Positions 46,608-59,269 of a stretch of 64,000 bases of DNA are shown here, piece by piece (position 1 is the stretch's first letter; every line of letters starts with the position of its first letter). The notes under the pieces are model-generated. The model had not been told where the DNA came from. It saw only the letters and a program-made list of their open reading frames with translations, and ran no database searches. Both the position numbers and the translations under genes were made by a program. This DNA comes from Mobula hypostoma (Eukaryota). Location: NCBI RefSeq assembly GCF_963921235.1, contig NC_086097.1, positions 171,866,001 to 171,930,000 of the forward strand, in the 5' to 3' direction.

Positions 46608-49600
46608 CATATAGAAACATAGAAAATAGGTGCAGGAGCAGGTCATTCGGCCCTTCGAGCCTGCACCGCTATTTGGTATGATCATGGCTGATCATCCAAC
46701 TCAGAACCCTGTACCTGCCTTCTCTGATCCCTTTAGCCACAAGGGCCATACCTAACTTCCTCTTAAATATAGCCAATGAACTGGCCTCAACTGTTTCCTG
46801 TGGCAGAGAATTCCACAGATTCACCACTCTCTGTGTGAAGTTTTTCCTCATCTCGGCTTCCCCTTTATCCTTAAACTGTGACCCCTCGTTCTGGACTTCC
46901 CCAACATCAGGAACAATCTTCCTGCATCTAGCCTGTCCAATCCTTTTAGGATTTTATACGTTTCAATAAGATCCCCCCTCAATCTTCTAAATTCCATCGA
47001 GTATGAGCCTAGTTCATCCAGTCTTTCATCATATGAAAGTCCTGCCATCCCAGGAATCAATCTGGTGAACCTTCTTTGTACTCCCTCTATGGCAAGAATG
47101 TCTTTCCTCAGATTAGAGGACAAAACCTGCACACAATACTCCAGGTGTGGTCTCACCAAGGCCTTGTACAACTGCAATAGTACCTCCCTGCTCCTGTACT
47201 CGACTCCTCTTGTTATGAATGCCAGCATACCATTCACCTTTTTCACCGCCTGCTGTACCTGCATGCCCACCTTCAATGACTGGTGTATAATGACACCCAG
47301 GTCTCGTTGCACCTCCCCTTTTCCTAATCGGTCACCATTCAGATAATAATCTGTTCTCCTGTTTTTGCCACCAAAGTGGATAATCTCACATTTATCCACA
47401 TTAAATTGCATCTGCCATGAATTTGCCCACTCACCTAACCTATCCAAGTCACCCTGCATCCTCTTAGCACCCTCCTCACAGCTAACACTGCCGCCCAGCT
47501 TCGTGTCATCTGCAAACTTGGAACTGCTGCATTTAGTTCCCTCATCCAAGTCATTAATATATATTGTAAACAACTGGAGTCCCAGGACTGAGCCTTGCGG
47601 TACCCCACTAGTCACTGCCTGCCATTCTGAAAAGGTCCCGTTTATTCCCACTCTTTGCTTCCTGTCTGCCAACCAATTCCCTATCCATATCAATACCATA
47701 CCCCCAATAACGTGTGCTTTAAGTTTGCACAATAATCTCCTGTGTGGGACCTTATCAAAAGCCTTTTGAAAATCCAAGTATACCACATCCACTGGTTCTC
47801 CCCTATCCACTCTACTAGTTACATCCTCAAAAAATTCTATGAGATTCGTCAGACATGATTTTCCTCTCCCAAATCCATGCTGACTTTGTCCGATGATTTC
47901 ACCGCTTTCCAAATGTGCTGTTGTCACGTCTTTGATAACTGACTCTAGCATTTTCCCCACCACCGATGTTAGGCTAACCGGTCTATAGTTCCTCAGTTTC
48001 TCTCTCCCTCCTTTTTTAAAAAGCGGGGTTATATTAGCCACCCTCCGATCCTCAGGAACTAGTCCAGAATCTAAAGAGTTTTGAAAATTTATCACTAATG
48101 CATCCACTATTTCTTGGGCTACTTCTTAAGCACTCTGGGATGCAGACCATCTGGCCCTGGGGATTTATCTGCCTTTAATCCCTTCAATTTACCTAACACC
48201 ACTTCCCTACTAACATGTATTTCCCTCAGTTCCTCCATCTCACTAGACCCTTGGTCCCCTACTATTTCCGGAAGATTATTTATGTCCTCCTTAGTGAAGA
48301 CAGAACCAAAGTAGTTATTCAATTGGTTTGCCATGTCCTTGTTCACCATGATCAATTCACCTGTTTCTGACTGTAAGGGACCTACATTTGTCTTAACCAA
48401 TCTTTTTCTTTTCACATATCTATAAAAGCTTTTACAGTCTGTTTTTATGTTCCCTGTCAGTTTTCTCTCATAATCTTTTTTCCCTTTCCTAATTAAGCCC
48501 TTTGTCCTCCTCTGCTGGACTCTGAATTTCTCCCAGTCCTCAGGTGAGCCGCTTTTTCTGGCTAATTTGTATGTTTCTTCTTTGGAATTGATACTATCCC
48601 TAATTTCCCTTGTCAGCCACGGGTGCACTACTTTCCCTGGTTTATTCTTTTGCCAAACTGGGATGAACAATTGTTGTAGTTCATCCATACGATCTTTAAA
48701 TGCTTGCCATTGCATATCCACTGTCAACCCTTTAAGCATCATTTGCCAGTCTATTTTAGCTAATTCACGTCTCATACCTTCAAAGTTACCCTTCTTTAAG
48801 TTCAGAACCTTTGTTTCTGAATTAACTATGTCACTCTCCATCTTAATGAAGAATTCCACCATATTATGGTAACTCTTACCCAAGGGGCCTCTCACGACAA
48901 GATTGCTAATTAACCCTTCCTCATTGCTCAATACCCAGTTTAGAATGGCCTGCTCTCTAGTTGGTTCCTCGACATGTTGGTTCAAAAAACCATCCCACAT
49001 ACATTCCAAGAAATCCTCTTCCTCAGCACCCTTACCAATTTGGTTCACCCAATCTATATGTAGATTGAAGTCACCCATTATAACTGCTGTTTCTTTATTG
49101 CACACATTTCTAATTTCCTGTTTAATGCCATCCCCAACCTCACTACTACTGTTAGGTGGCCTGTACACAACTCCCACCAGCATTTTCTGCCCCTTAGTGT
49201 TATGCAGCTCTACCCATATCAATTCCACATCCTCCCGGCTAATGTCCTTCCTTTCTATTGCGTTAATCTCCTCGCTAGCCAGCAATGCTACCTCACCTCC
49301 TTTTCTTTCATGTCCATCCCTCCTGAATATTGAATATCCCTGAATGTTGAGCTCCCATCCTTGGTCACCCTGGAACCATGTCTCCGTGATCCCAACTATA
49401 TCATATTCATTATTAACAATCTGCACTTTTAATTCACCCACCTTGTTACAAATGCTCCTTGCATTGACACATAAAGCCTTCAGGCTTGCTTTTACAACAC
49501 TCTTAGCCCTTATACAGTTATGTTGAAAAGTGGCCCTTTTTGATTTTTGCCCTGGATTTGCTGGCCTGCCAGTTTTACTTTTCACCTTACTACTTTTTGC

Positions 49601-49860
49601 TTCTACTCTCATTTTACACCCCTCTGTCTCTCTGCACTTGTTCCCATCCCCCTGCCACGTTAGTTTAAATCCTCCTGAACAACAGTAGTAAACGCCCCCC
49701 CCCCCCCCAGGACATTGGTTCCAGTCCAGCCCAGGTGCAGACCGTCCTGTTTGTACCAGTCCCACCTCCTCCAGAACTGGTTCCAATGCCCCAGAAATTT
49801 GAATCCCTCCCACTTGCACCATTTTTCAAGCCACGTAGTCATCTGATATATCCTCCTCTC
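46608..49860 (-). mobile_element. Longest CR1 family A copy: complete ORF2 region plus the end of the ORF1 esterase
   Basis: ORFs 48119-49822 and 46848-48107. ORF1 end WLEKWC...DGLHL at 49660-49842 (SGNH-type DxxH). A CR1-like 5' leader may lie at about 50460-50615. Confidence 0.95.
46848..49560 (-). pseudogene. CR1 ORF2 (APE endonuclease plus reverse transcriptase), disrupted
   Basis: NARSI, GITETW, GDFN and FADD motifs. A 1-nt deletion at about 48125 (CTACTTCTTAAG versus CTACTTCCTTAAG in the 8820 copy) and a small deletion near 46855. Confidence 0.9.
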
Positions 49861-49861
49861 C

Positions 49862-50455
49862 TATAGAGAGTGAGTTGAGTCTTCAGGTGAGCTGATGCCG
49901 TCGATCTTCTCGTCGTCCTCCGAAATCCTTCACAAGTCACCGACTGTGCCTTTAACCGGGGGACCGGTTTTCCTGTGGTGGAGCTATCACCCTGGCAAGG
50001 GTGGACACATAGACAACTCCCCACTAGTCAACCCCTTCCTCAGCAGTGGAATAGCAATTTGGATCGATCCGCCTGATTGATCCTCCAAAACCCACTTTCT
50101 CTGCTGGCACAACAATGCTCATTCAGTGTCCAGATCATGTGTCTGAGGTCTATATCATCTGACCTCCCATTTATTTCACCAGGCTGAGCATCACCTGTCA
50201 TTCAAAGAGTCCCTCCCTCCTTTGTCTGCAAAGAAGTGCAAGCAGGCAACAAGTCCTTGAAAGTAACATCAACAATCTGCCTTTGGTCACCATAGCAACC
50301 TTCGAGCTGCTCGGTGCTGTCTCCAACTCCAAACTCAGTAAAAATCCAAAGTTACTTCCAAGGCCTTACAGTGACAGTCCAACTGTTAATCTTCGTCTCT
50401 CTTTCCTTTCCAAACAAACCAGCAATGATGAATGTCTCTCTCTGTCTCTCTTCAA
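49862..50455 (-). mobile_element. LTR-like fragment related to the 22359-23166 LTR
   Basis: Shares CACCGACTGTG and CACCCnGGCAAGGGTGGAnACA with 22750-22826. Termini and TSD were not resolved. Confidence 0.5.
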
Positions 50456-50624
50456 TCAGATAATAGGGGCACTCCTGGATCCCCTCACACCGCTGCAGAC
50501 CATTCTTTTTTTAAAGGAACCTACCTGGCCTTACCTCACTTGGAGCGAAGCTCGTCCTCAGCCTCTGCTCGCCGAAGCCTCTCGAGACAAAGCCTTCCTA
50601 CTCTGTCACCCTCTACCCCCGAAC

Positions 50625-52285
50625 ATTTGCCACATTTCTTCCGTACTTTTCCTTGAGAACATCTGTTCCCAATTTAACCTTCCAATTTCCTGCCTGATAG
50701 CCTCATAAATTCCCCTTACTCCAATTAAACCCTTTTCTAACTTGTCTGTTCCTATCCCTCTCCAATGCTATTGTAAAGAAGATAGAGTTATGATAACTAT
50801 CTCCAAAATGCTCTCCCACTGTGAGATCTGACACCTGACCAAGTTCATTTCCCAATACCAAATCAAGTACAGTCTCTCCTCTAGTAGGCTTATCTACATA
50901 TTGTGTCAAGAAACCTTCCTGAACACACCTAACAAACTCCACGCCATCTAAACCCCTTGCTCTAGGGAGATGCCAATGATATTTGGGAAATTAAAATCTT
51001 CCATCACAATAACTCTTATTATTACACCTTTCCACGATCTGTTTCCCTATCTGCTCCTTGGTATTCCTGTTACTATTGGGCGGCCTATAAAAAACACCCT
51101 GTAGGGTTATTGACCCTTTCCTGTTCCTAACCTCCACCCACAGAGACTCCGTAGACAATCCCTCCATGACGTCCACCTTTTCTGCAGCCGTGATACTATC
51201 TCTGGTCAGGTCAATCATCTGAGTGCTGCTGGTACCATGTAACCAGAACTATCTGTCCCATGGTTGGGTGGTTGGCGACCAAACTGGCTCCCCCACCAGG
51301 CTTGCCTGGTGAGGAGGGTGGCTAGACACCCTGCAGGACGAAAAACAAGACCTGTCAAAGGGTGGATGAACCCTCTCGTAGGGTCAACAGCCATCTAGCA
51401 AACACGTGCCATGAAGCGCGGAAAGGGCATCCCTTGCATCGAAGCTTGGTCTAGCCATCACTTCAATAGAACTTCCCCCAGCCGTCTTGGACCTCACCAC
51501 GCTGCTGGATTTGGGAGGGGATGTCGAGGGTCGGTCAGTGCAACCCCCTACTCACCTAAAATCCATTCACGCACACGCTGTTCCTTTCTGAGGAGTGAGG
51601 TATCCTAAACCCGACTAACTGACTGAAAGGAACCATCATCGTCTTATGGGATGGATAGCCAGAGAGAGAGAGATCTCTGATCAACAGTGCCACACCCCCA
51701 CCTCTTTTGCCTCTCTCCCTGTCCTTTCTGAAACATGTAAAACCCGGCACTTGAAGTAACTATTCCTGTCCCTGAACCATCCAAGTCTCTGTAATGGCCA
51801 CCACATCATAGATCCAAGTACTGATCCATGCTCTAAGCTCATCCGCTTTGTTCACAATACTCCTCGCGTTAAAATAGACACATCTCAAACCGTCCATCTG
51901 AGCGCATCCCTTCTCTATCACCTGCCTAACCTCCCTCTCGCACTGTCTCCAAGCTTTCGCTATTTGTGAGCCAACCGCCTCTTCCCCAGTCTCTTCAGTT
52001 CAGTTCCCACCCCCCAACAATTCTAGTTTAAACTTCCCCAGTAGCCTTAGCAAACATCCCCGCCAGGATATTGGTCCCCCTGGGATTCAAGTGCAACCCT
52101 TCCTTTTTGTACAGGTCACACCTGCCCCAAAAGAGGTCCCAGTGATTCAGAAATCTGAATCCCTACCCCCTGCTCCAATCCCTCAGCCACGCATTTATCC
52201 TCCGCTTATTCTATTCCTGTTCTCACTGTCGCGTGGCACAGGCAGTAATCCCGAGATCACTACCTTTGTGGTCCTGCTTCTTCAA
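50625..52285 (-). mobile_element. CR1 (family B-like) esterase and endonuclease region, split by the insertion at 51209-51672
   Basis: TESLWVEVRN, GVFYRPPNS, FLTQYVDKPTR and GGGVALLI. Esterase remnant at about 52030-52285. Confidence 0.85.
51209..51672 (+). mobile_element. Non-autonomous RTE-type element
   Basis: 11-bp TSD ATCTCTG(G/A)TCA at 51198-51208 and 51673-51683. 3' end ACCATCATCGTCTTATGGGATGGATAGCC followed by (AG)n. Confidence 0.8.
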
Positions 52286-53254
52286 GGTCCAGATCTGATC
52301 TGGAATTGGAAAATGATATCAGTTTTCACAACAAGCAGAGAGCTCCAAAGATTCAGTGCCCTCTGAGAGAAAAAATTTCAATACCCCTCAGTTTCAAATT
52401 ATAGGCCCCTTATTTCTGGCTGTTTCTGTTTGTTTGTGACTCTTCCTCGAATGATCTCAACATCCTCCCTATCAAACTATCCTTAGGATTTATATGTCCA
52501 AATAAGATCATGCCTCATTCTTGTTATTTCAACTTCACTCTCAGCCAAAAGAAAGCAACTCAAATTTCTGTAATTCCTTGGCAGGGCAGACCTTTCAGTG
52601 CATTGAGTCTAGATTTGAGCACAGAGCAATCACATTGCGCATATCATTTCACCTGTAAACAATTCTCCCCATTAACTCTCTCTAGTTTCTATCAGCCACC
52701 TTACATTTAAAATGGCCAGTTAACCTATACTTCTTAGGACGTGGGAGGGACCTAGAACACCCTGAGGAAACCCATGCAGCCACAGGGAGGATGTGTAAAC
52801 TCCACAGAGACAGCACGAAGATTACAAGGAGCAGGACGAGACCACTAAGCCACTCCAAGCCTTTTCAATTCAACCCTCCCATTCAATATGATCATGGCTC
52901 TCCTAAGCTTATCTCAGCTTCCTCTCTGTGTCAGTTCCCCACCACCCTCAATTTCTGAATCTTTCAGAAGGCGTATGGTGTGTTGACCTTCATTAAGATT
53001 CAAAGTACATTTATTATCAAAGAATGTATAAGTTATAGAGCCTTGAGATTTTTCTGCTTACAGGCAGCTGCAAAGCAAGAAACCTGAAAGAGCAAAATTT
53101 GAAAAACTGAAGACCAACACCCAATGTGCAGAGAAAGAGAAGAAAACGCAAATCATGCCAACAATAGAAGTGAGCAACAGCATTCCAAACCAGAATGAAT
53201 CCTTAGATCTAAATCCCCAGAGCAATGTAGAATGGTTCTTTCTACTTTCATTAA

Positions 53255-54010
53255 TTGTGCAAAAACTATTTTGGACCCAGAGAATCTCCCCGAGGAAATA
53301 AAATGATTACACACAAAGTTCCTACAGAATTGAAGGAATTCAATTGGTCCTTAAAAGGGCCAACAGGAAAAATCAGGAAACTTAACAACAAGGAGGAACC
53401 TGTCTTCCCTATATTTCCATGGTTTCTGGAAGGATCACTAGGATCCTGAAGAAATACCGGATTAATACCATCCATATACCTGTAAGTTAAGCTCAAATCA
53501 CAGTTTATGCAGGTCATAGATGAATCTGGGACTCAGATTAGATGGCAATTACAGGATCCCCTGTGAATGCAGAGCAGCATATATGTGACAACCTGCATCA
53601 AGGAGCACAGAAGGTGTAGCCATTTGAGTTAGCTGGAGAAATCGGCGGTAGCAGAACATTGTATTCGAAATGACCATAGGATTGACTTCAACTGCACCAC
53701 ACCAATAGCTTTTGGGACTGCCTGGTAAAGGAAGCCAGTGAAATAAAACTAGAGGAAAAGAATTTTAACAAAGATGAAGTTCTGGCTTTAATAAGAGCTG
53801 GAATTCAATTGTAAACAAGGAGGGAGAGCGGTAACCTGATTGGACGAGGACTAACTAGTCAGGAGGGATGGATGGCGGGGGTAGAAACACCACTGGACTA
53901 GACATGCCTAGGCTTCATCCCTGATGAAGATGGTAGAGTTTGTCATTGAAACGTTGGTTATAATCACTACATATACCCAGCTGGAAGCTCAAGAAGAGTC
54001 TATTCATTGA
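53255..54010 (+). mobile_element. Second, unrelated PLE family (degenerate GIY-YIG C-terminus plus tail)
   Basis: IKEHRRC...EKSAVAEHCIRNDHRIDF...KEASEIK...NFNKDE at about 53595-53780. Hammerhead motif in the tail. Confidence 0.7.
53918..53958 (+). ncRNA. Hammerhead motif of the second PLE family
   Basis: CC-CTGATGA-A-GATGG-TAGAGTTTG-TCATT-GAAAC-GTT-GG. Confidence 0.55.
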
Positions 54011-54609
54011 TCTGTCTCCTTCAATATATCCAATGTTCTGTCCTACACCGCAATGGAAGACAAACAACATATGGGTGTACCCCCACCTCAACAACTGCAA
54101 CGGATCGTGAAGACAGCTCACCGCCACCTGCTCATGGGCAACTAGGGACAGGCAATTAAATGCTAGGAATAAGAACCTACAATGGACCAGCCCATGGGTA
54201 CCGTTCTTACATTGCACTCGTCCATCTTTGCATTGAAAATAAAAGCAAAACGGGTGGTGGAAATGTAAAATAAAAGCAGAGGATGCATGAAAATTTCAGC
54301 AGGTCAGTCAGCATGTGTAGGGAGAGTAATTGAGTCAACAATTCAGGTTGAAGGCCCTGCAGAAGTGGTAGGAGACTAAAGAAGCTTATTCAGCTGCAGA
54401 GAGAGCAGGAGAAAGGATTGAGTAAAACTGAGGACCATGGGGGATGAGCGGTAAATAATGTTGACTGGTCAATGAGTGACTGGGAGCATTTGGATATTGA
54501 GAAAATTGACAGAAGGACATAAGGCTTGCAAAATGCAAAAAAGGAGGATATGCCTGGCTGATCATTCTAGGATTGTCAACCACTTGCATAGAAAGAAAAA
54601 AAAAGGAAG

Positions 54610-57440
54610 TGGTTAATAAAATGCTGGAGGAACTCAGCAGCTCAGGTAGCGTGTATGGAAATAAATAGATAGTTGACATGACGTTTTGGCCTGAGACCCT
54701 TCTTTACTGAGAAGGAATAGGGAACAGGCCAGAATTAAAAGGTGAGGGGGGTGAGGGGAAAGAGGCTAGTTGAAAAGTGATAGGTGAGGCCAGATGGGTG
54801 GGAAAGGTCAAGGGTTGTAGAAGAAAGAATCTGATAGGAGAAGAGAATGGACTATAGGAAAAAGAGAAGGAGGAGGGGACCTAGGGGGAAGTCATAGGAA
54901 GGTGAGAAGTAAAAGGTCAGATTGGAGAATGCGGGGGAGGGGGGTAGGTGGTGGGAGAAATTTGTTTACTGGAATGAGGAATCATGCCATCAGGTTGGAG
55001 GCTACCTGGACAGAATAAAAGGTGTTGCTCCTCCACCCTGAGGGTGGCCTCATCTTGGCACAAGAGAAAGCCATGGACCAGCACATCAGAATGGAAAAGG
55101 GAATCGGAATTAAGGTGTTTGGCCACCAGGAAGTCCTGCTTGCGCCAGATGGTGCAGAGATACTCGACAAAACAGTCTCACTAATATGGAGGAGGCCACA
55201 TTGGGAGCATCAGACACAATAGATGACCACAGCCAACTCCAGTGAAGTGTTGCCACACCCGTAAGGACTGTGTGGGGACCTGATGGAGGTGAAGGAGGAG
55301 GTGAACAGGCAAGTGTAGCACCTAGGCCACTTGCAGGGATAAGTGCCGGGAGGGAGATTAGTGGGGAGGAAGAAATGGACAAAGGAATCGCCCAGAGAAC
55401 CATCCCTGCGGAAAGGAGTGGGGTTTAGTAAAGATATGTTTAGGGGTAGAATCCCTTTGGAGATGGTGGAAGTTGTGGAAGATATTGTGTATTGGATGTG
55501 GAGGCTGTTGGGGTAGTAGGTAAGGACAAGAGAAACTCCATCAATAGTGGAGGAAGATAAGCTCTGTTCTTCAAAGGAGGAGGACACCTCTGATGTCTTG
55601 GAGTGGAAAGTCATGTACTGAGAACAGACACAGCAGAAGTGAAAAAACTGAGAGAATTTATTTATTGAGAATAGGCCCTTCTGGCCCTTCGATCCAATTT
55701 GCCCAGCAAACCCCCAATTTAATCCTAGCCTAATCACGGGACAATTTAGAATGTCCAATTACCCTACTAGCCAGTATGTCTTTGGACTGTGGGAGGAAAC
55801 TGGAGCACCCATGCAGTCATGGGGAGAACATACAAACTCCTCACAGGCAGAGGCGTGTCTGTACTGTAAAGCATTGTGCTAACCACTATGTTACTGTGTC
55901 ATCAGGGAACAGCATTTTTACAGGAGATGAGTGGGGTGGGGGGGAAGAAGTATAATCGAAATAATGGTATCAGTAAGTTTATAAAAGATGTTGGTTGACA
56001 GTTTGACTCCAGAGATGGAGACAAAGAGATTGAGAAAGGGAAGGGGGCGTGTCGTGGGAGCTGGAAGATCTAAGGCTGTGTGCCCAGAGACCTGAGATCT
56101 TTGGGCACAGAGCTCAGAAAAAGCAACGCAACAGACTTTTAACATCGTAAACTAGCAAGTTGTTTGCTGTGTCTCCCCTCTCACTGTGAAACAAAGACAT
56201 TTCTTTCTCCCTTATTAGGTAGGGAGAGAACCTGTGGTATGGCGAATACCAGGTGAATGTGTAGTCTTTGGGGTAATGCAAATCTGTGTCTTTGCTGTTG
56301 CTTTTGCTGCACGCTTGAGTGCTCAGTGATGGGTGCCAATGCTTTTCTTTTGCCTGTAGAGGGAGGGGGTATCATTGCTTGCTGCTGCTTACACACTGGA
56401 GGGAGGGAAGCTGGGGGGGACTTTGAGGCTCTAACATTTAACTGTCATAAATTCATTGGGGCACTCCTCTGTTTTCATGGATGATTGCGAAGAAAAAATA
56501 TTTCAGAATGTATATTGTGTACATTTCTCTGACATTAAATGTACCTTTGAAACCTTTGAAGGTATCAGAAATAGACCAAGTGAATTCGGAGGCAAAATTG
56601 ATTAAATTGAAGAGCTCAGCATGGGTGTATGAAGCAGCACCAATGCAGTCACCAATGTAGTGGAGTAAGTGTTGGGAAGCATTACCAGAGAAGGACTCAG
56701 ACATCGATTATTCTACGCAGCCAGTGAATAGGCAGACATAGCTGGGGGCCATGCTAGTGGCCATGGTTACCCCTTAGGTTTGGAGATGGTGGAAGGAGTT
56801 GAAGAAAATATTGTCCAGAGTGAGGACCAGTTCTGCCAGATGGAGGAGGGTGGTGATTAAGGGGGATTGGTTGATTATTTTGTCAAGAAAAAAGTGAAAG
56901 GTTTTGAGGCCTTCGTGATGAGGGATAGACCTGAATAGGGACTGAATATCCATGGTGAAGATGAGGCTGTTTGGTCCAGGGAGTTGAAAGTTACTGAGGA
57001 GATCGAGGGCATGAGAAGTGCTGTAGACGTAGGTGGGAAGGGATTGAACCAAGGGGGATAGAATGGAGTTGAGCTATGAGGACATAAATTCAGTGGGGCA
57101 GGAGCAAGCAGAGACAATAGGCTTACCCAGACAGTCAGGTTTGTGGGATCTTGGGTAGGATGTAGAAGCGAGCAGTGTGGGATAAGGCATCTATGAGTTT
57201 GTTGACCATGGATAGGTGTTCTCCAGAGTGGATGAAGTCAGTGATAGTGTCAGAAACAGTTTTCTGCTAGACTGGAGTGGGGTCTTCTTTGAGGAGTAGA
57301 TATGAGGAGGTGTCTGAGAGTTACTGCCTGGCATCAGCAAGGTAGAGGGCAGCGCACAACACTACAACTGCACTCTCTCTGTCTGTGGATTTGATGGTAA
57401 GGTTGGCATTGGTGGGGAGAGAGTGGAGGGCAGTGGTTAA
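54610..57440 (-). mobile_element. Degenerate near-full-length PLE with a nested SINE (about 55655-55900) and a non-coding element (about 56050-56560)
   Basis: FTMDIQSLFRSIPHHEGL...LVLTLDNIFFNS RT (56774-57052) and EEQHLLFCPGSLQPDGM GIY-YIG end (54917-55126). Confidence 0.82.
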
Positions 57441-58431
57441 TAAACAAGCAGGATGAGCCATATGTGCCTTGGATGTCATACAATGAATGTGCATGAGAGG
57501 GAGCTATAGTATCACTGAATACGCACTTTACCCTTCCAATGTAACCAATCCCAGAAAGAAAGGCTCAGCAGTCTTGTAACCCCGACCAGAGCACTCCACA
57601 GGGAATGATGCACACTCTATGTTGATTCAGATAACACAGCAAGATGCTACACACTAATTGCTCTTTAGTCAGCTGTCAAAAGTTTGCCTAGTGACAGCTC
57701 TTGCACTCTCCATAATGAGTAACATGGGAGTTTCTTACATTCAATGTTTGCAGCAGGCTTCCCTTAGTCACATAATGATACAGCACAGAAACAGACCCTT
57801 CAGCCCAACTCTTCCATGCTGACCAAGATGCCTATCTAAGCCAGTCTGATTTTGCCCATGTTTGGATCATATTCCTCTAAGATATTTCCGCTCCATGTAC
57901 CTGTCAAAGTGTCTTTTAAGTGTGGTTAATGCACTTGCCCCAACCCTATGCCCTCCATCTACAGACCATCTCTGGGTGAAAAAGTTGCCCCTCACTTTCC
58001 TATTAAATATCTCTGCTTTCACCTTAAACCAATGTCCTCTAGTTCATAATTCCCTTACTCAGTGAAAAAACAGTGTGGAATTCAAATGGAAGACTGTTCT
58101 TATAACACTGCAACTCTTCCCTTGTAATGTTACAGGTCATCAGCCTTCATCACAGAATAGCTATTGTGATTACAAGGCTGGGACTGATCAAAGTTGAAGT
58201 CAATGTTGAACTTATTGTCATGTGCACAATTACATGTACAGATGGAATAAAAAACTTACTTGTAGCAGCATCACAGACACAAGGCATCATATAAGCAGCA
58301 TTCACAAGATAAGCATAAATTAAACTTAAGTTAATCACAACTTTTACAAGAAATAACACAATTAAAGCAAAAAAAAAAGAAATTAGTGCAAAGTGATCAA
58401 AGTGATCATGGTGTGAAATTGCAGAGATTAG

Positions 58432-58674
58432 TGTCATGTTTTGTAACTCCAAAACATAAAAACTAATTGAAATAAAACACAAGGCCAGGATGACTTGTGT
58501 CTGTTAGTTTCATTTTTTACTTAAAGCGAGGCATGGACGTTAGACGTGGTGGCATGATAACGTATGCTATTCACTTATTTTTACATATAACCCATTTAAA
58601 TGAACAAGAATGCTTAATCAAACAATATATTTGCAATATTACTCAAATAATACTGAAATATTAAACACACAACA
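58432..58674. mobile_element. Short solo LTR (243 bp)
   Basis: TGT...ACA termini with a perfect 5-bp TSD ATTAG at 58427-58431 and 58675-58679. Confidence 0.8.
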
Positions 58675-59269
58675 ATTAGGGTTGTGCCAGTTACAGCCTT
58701 CATGGGGTAGTACCCCATGGTAGATACTGCCAATGGTAGGGAGGAATATGCCCATGATAAGTAGTAGGCAAAGTCCACTACTTACCATTTCATCATTTCA
58801 CAGATGTTAAGTGACTGAGTGTTAAGCCTTCTTCTTATGCTGAATATCTGGAACAGGTCTTCAGATTGAGTGGGGGAAACTTCTTCCTAGTTATATGCAG
58901 CTGATCTGTGATCTGAGTTTAAGGATCTCATGGTCCATCTGTGGTATGGCTATGGAATAAAGAATTGAATTGTAATTACAGGTAGAAGCAAAGGATAATG
59001 CATGAATACAAAAGTGTGAGAGTGTACTTTGAATGGACTAAGAGAAGGGGAACAGGTGGGTAATAGGTTGGGACAGATGCTACAGAATGCTTGTATCACC
59101 TTTGGGTGTTGTGGAAAAAGTCTGTTACTTAGAGTTAATGGATTGGGTGAAACTTTATGATTCCAGTCTGCTAAAATGCTCGAGGAAAAGCTTGACTGTT
59201 CCTTTTTAAAATACATGGGGCACTAAGCACGAAGCCTAGTAATTATACTGAGCATGTTGTGTAAGCTTT

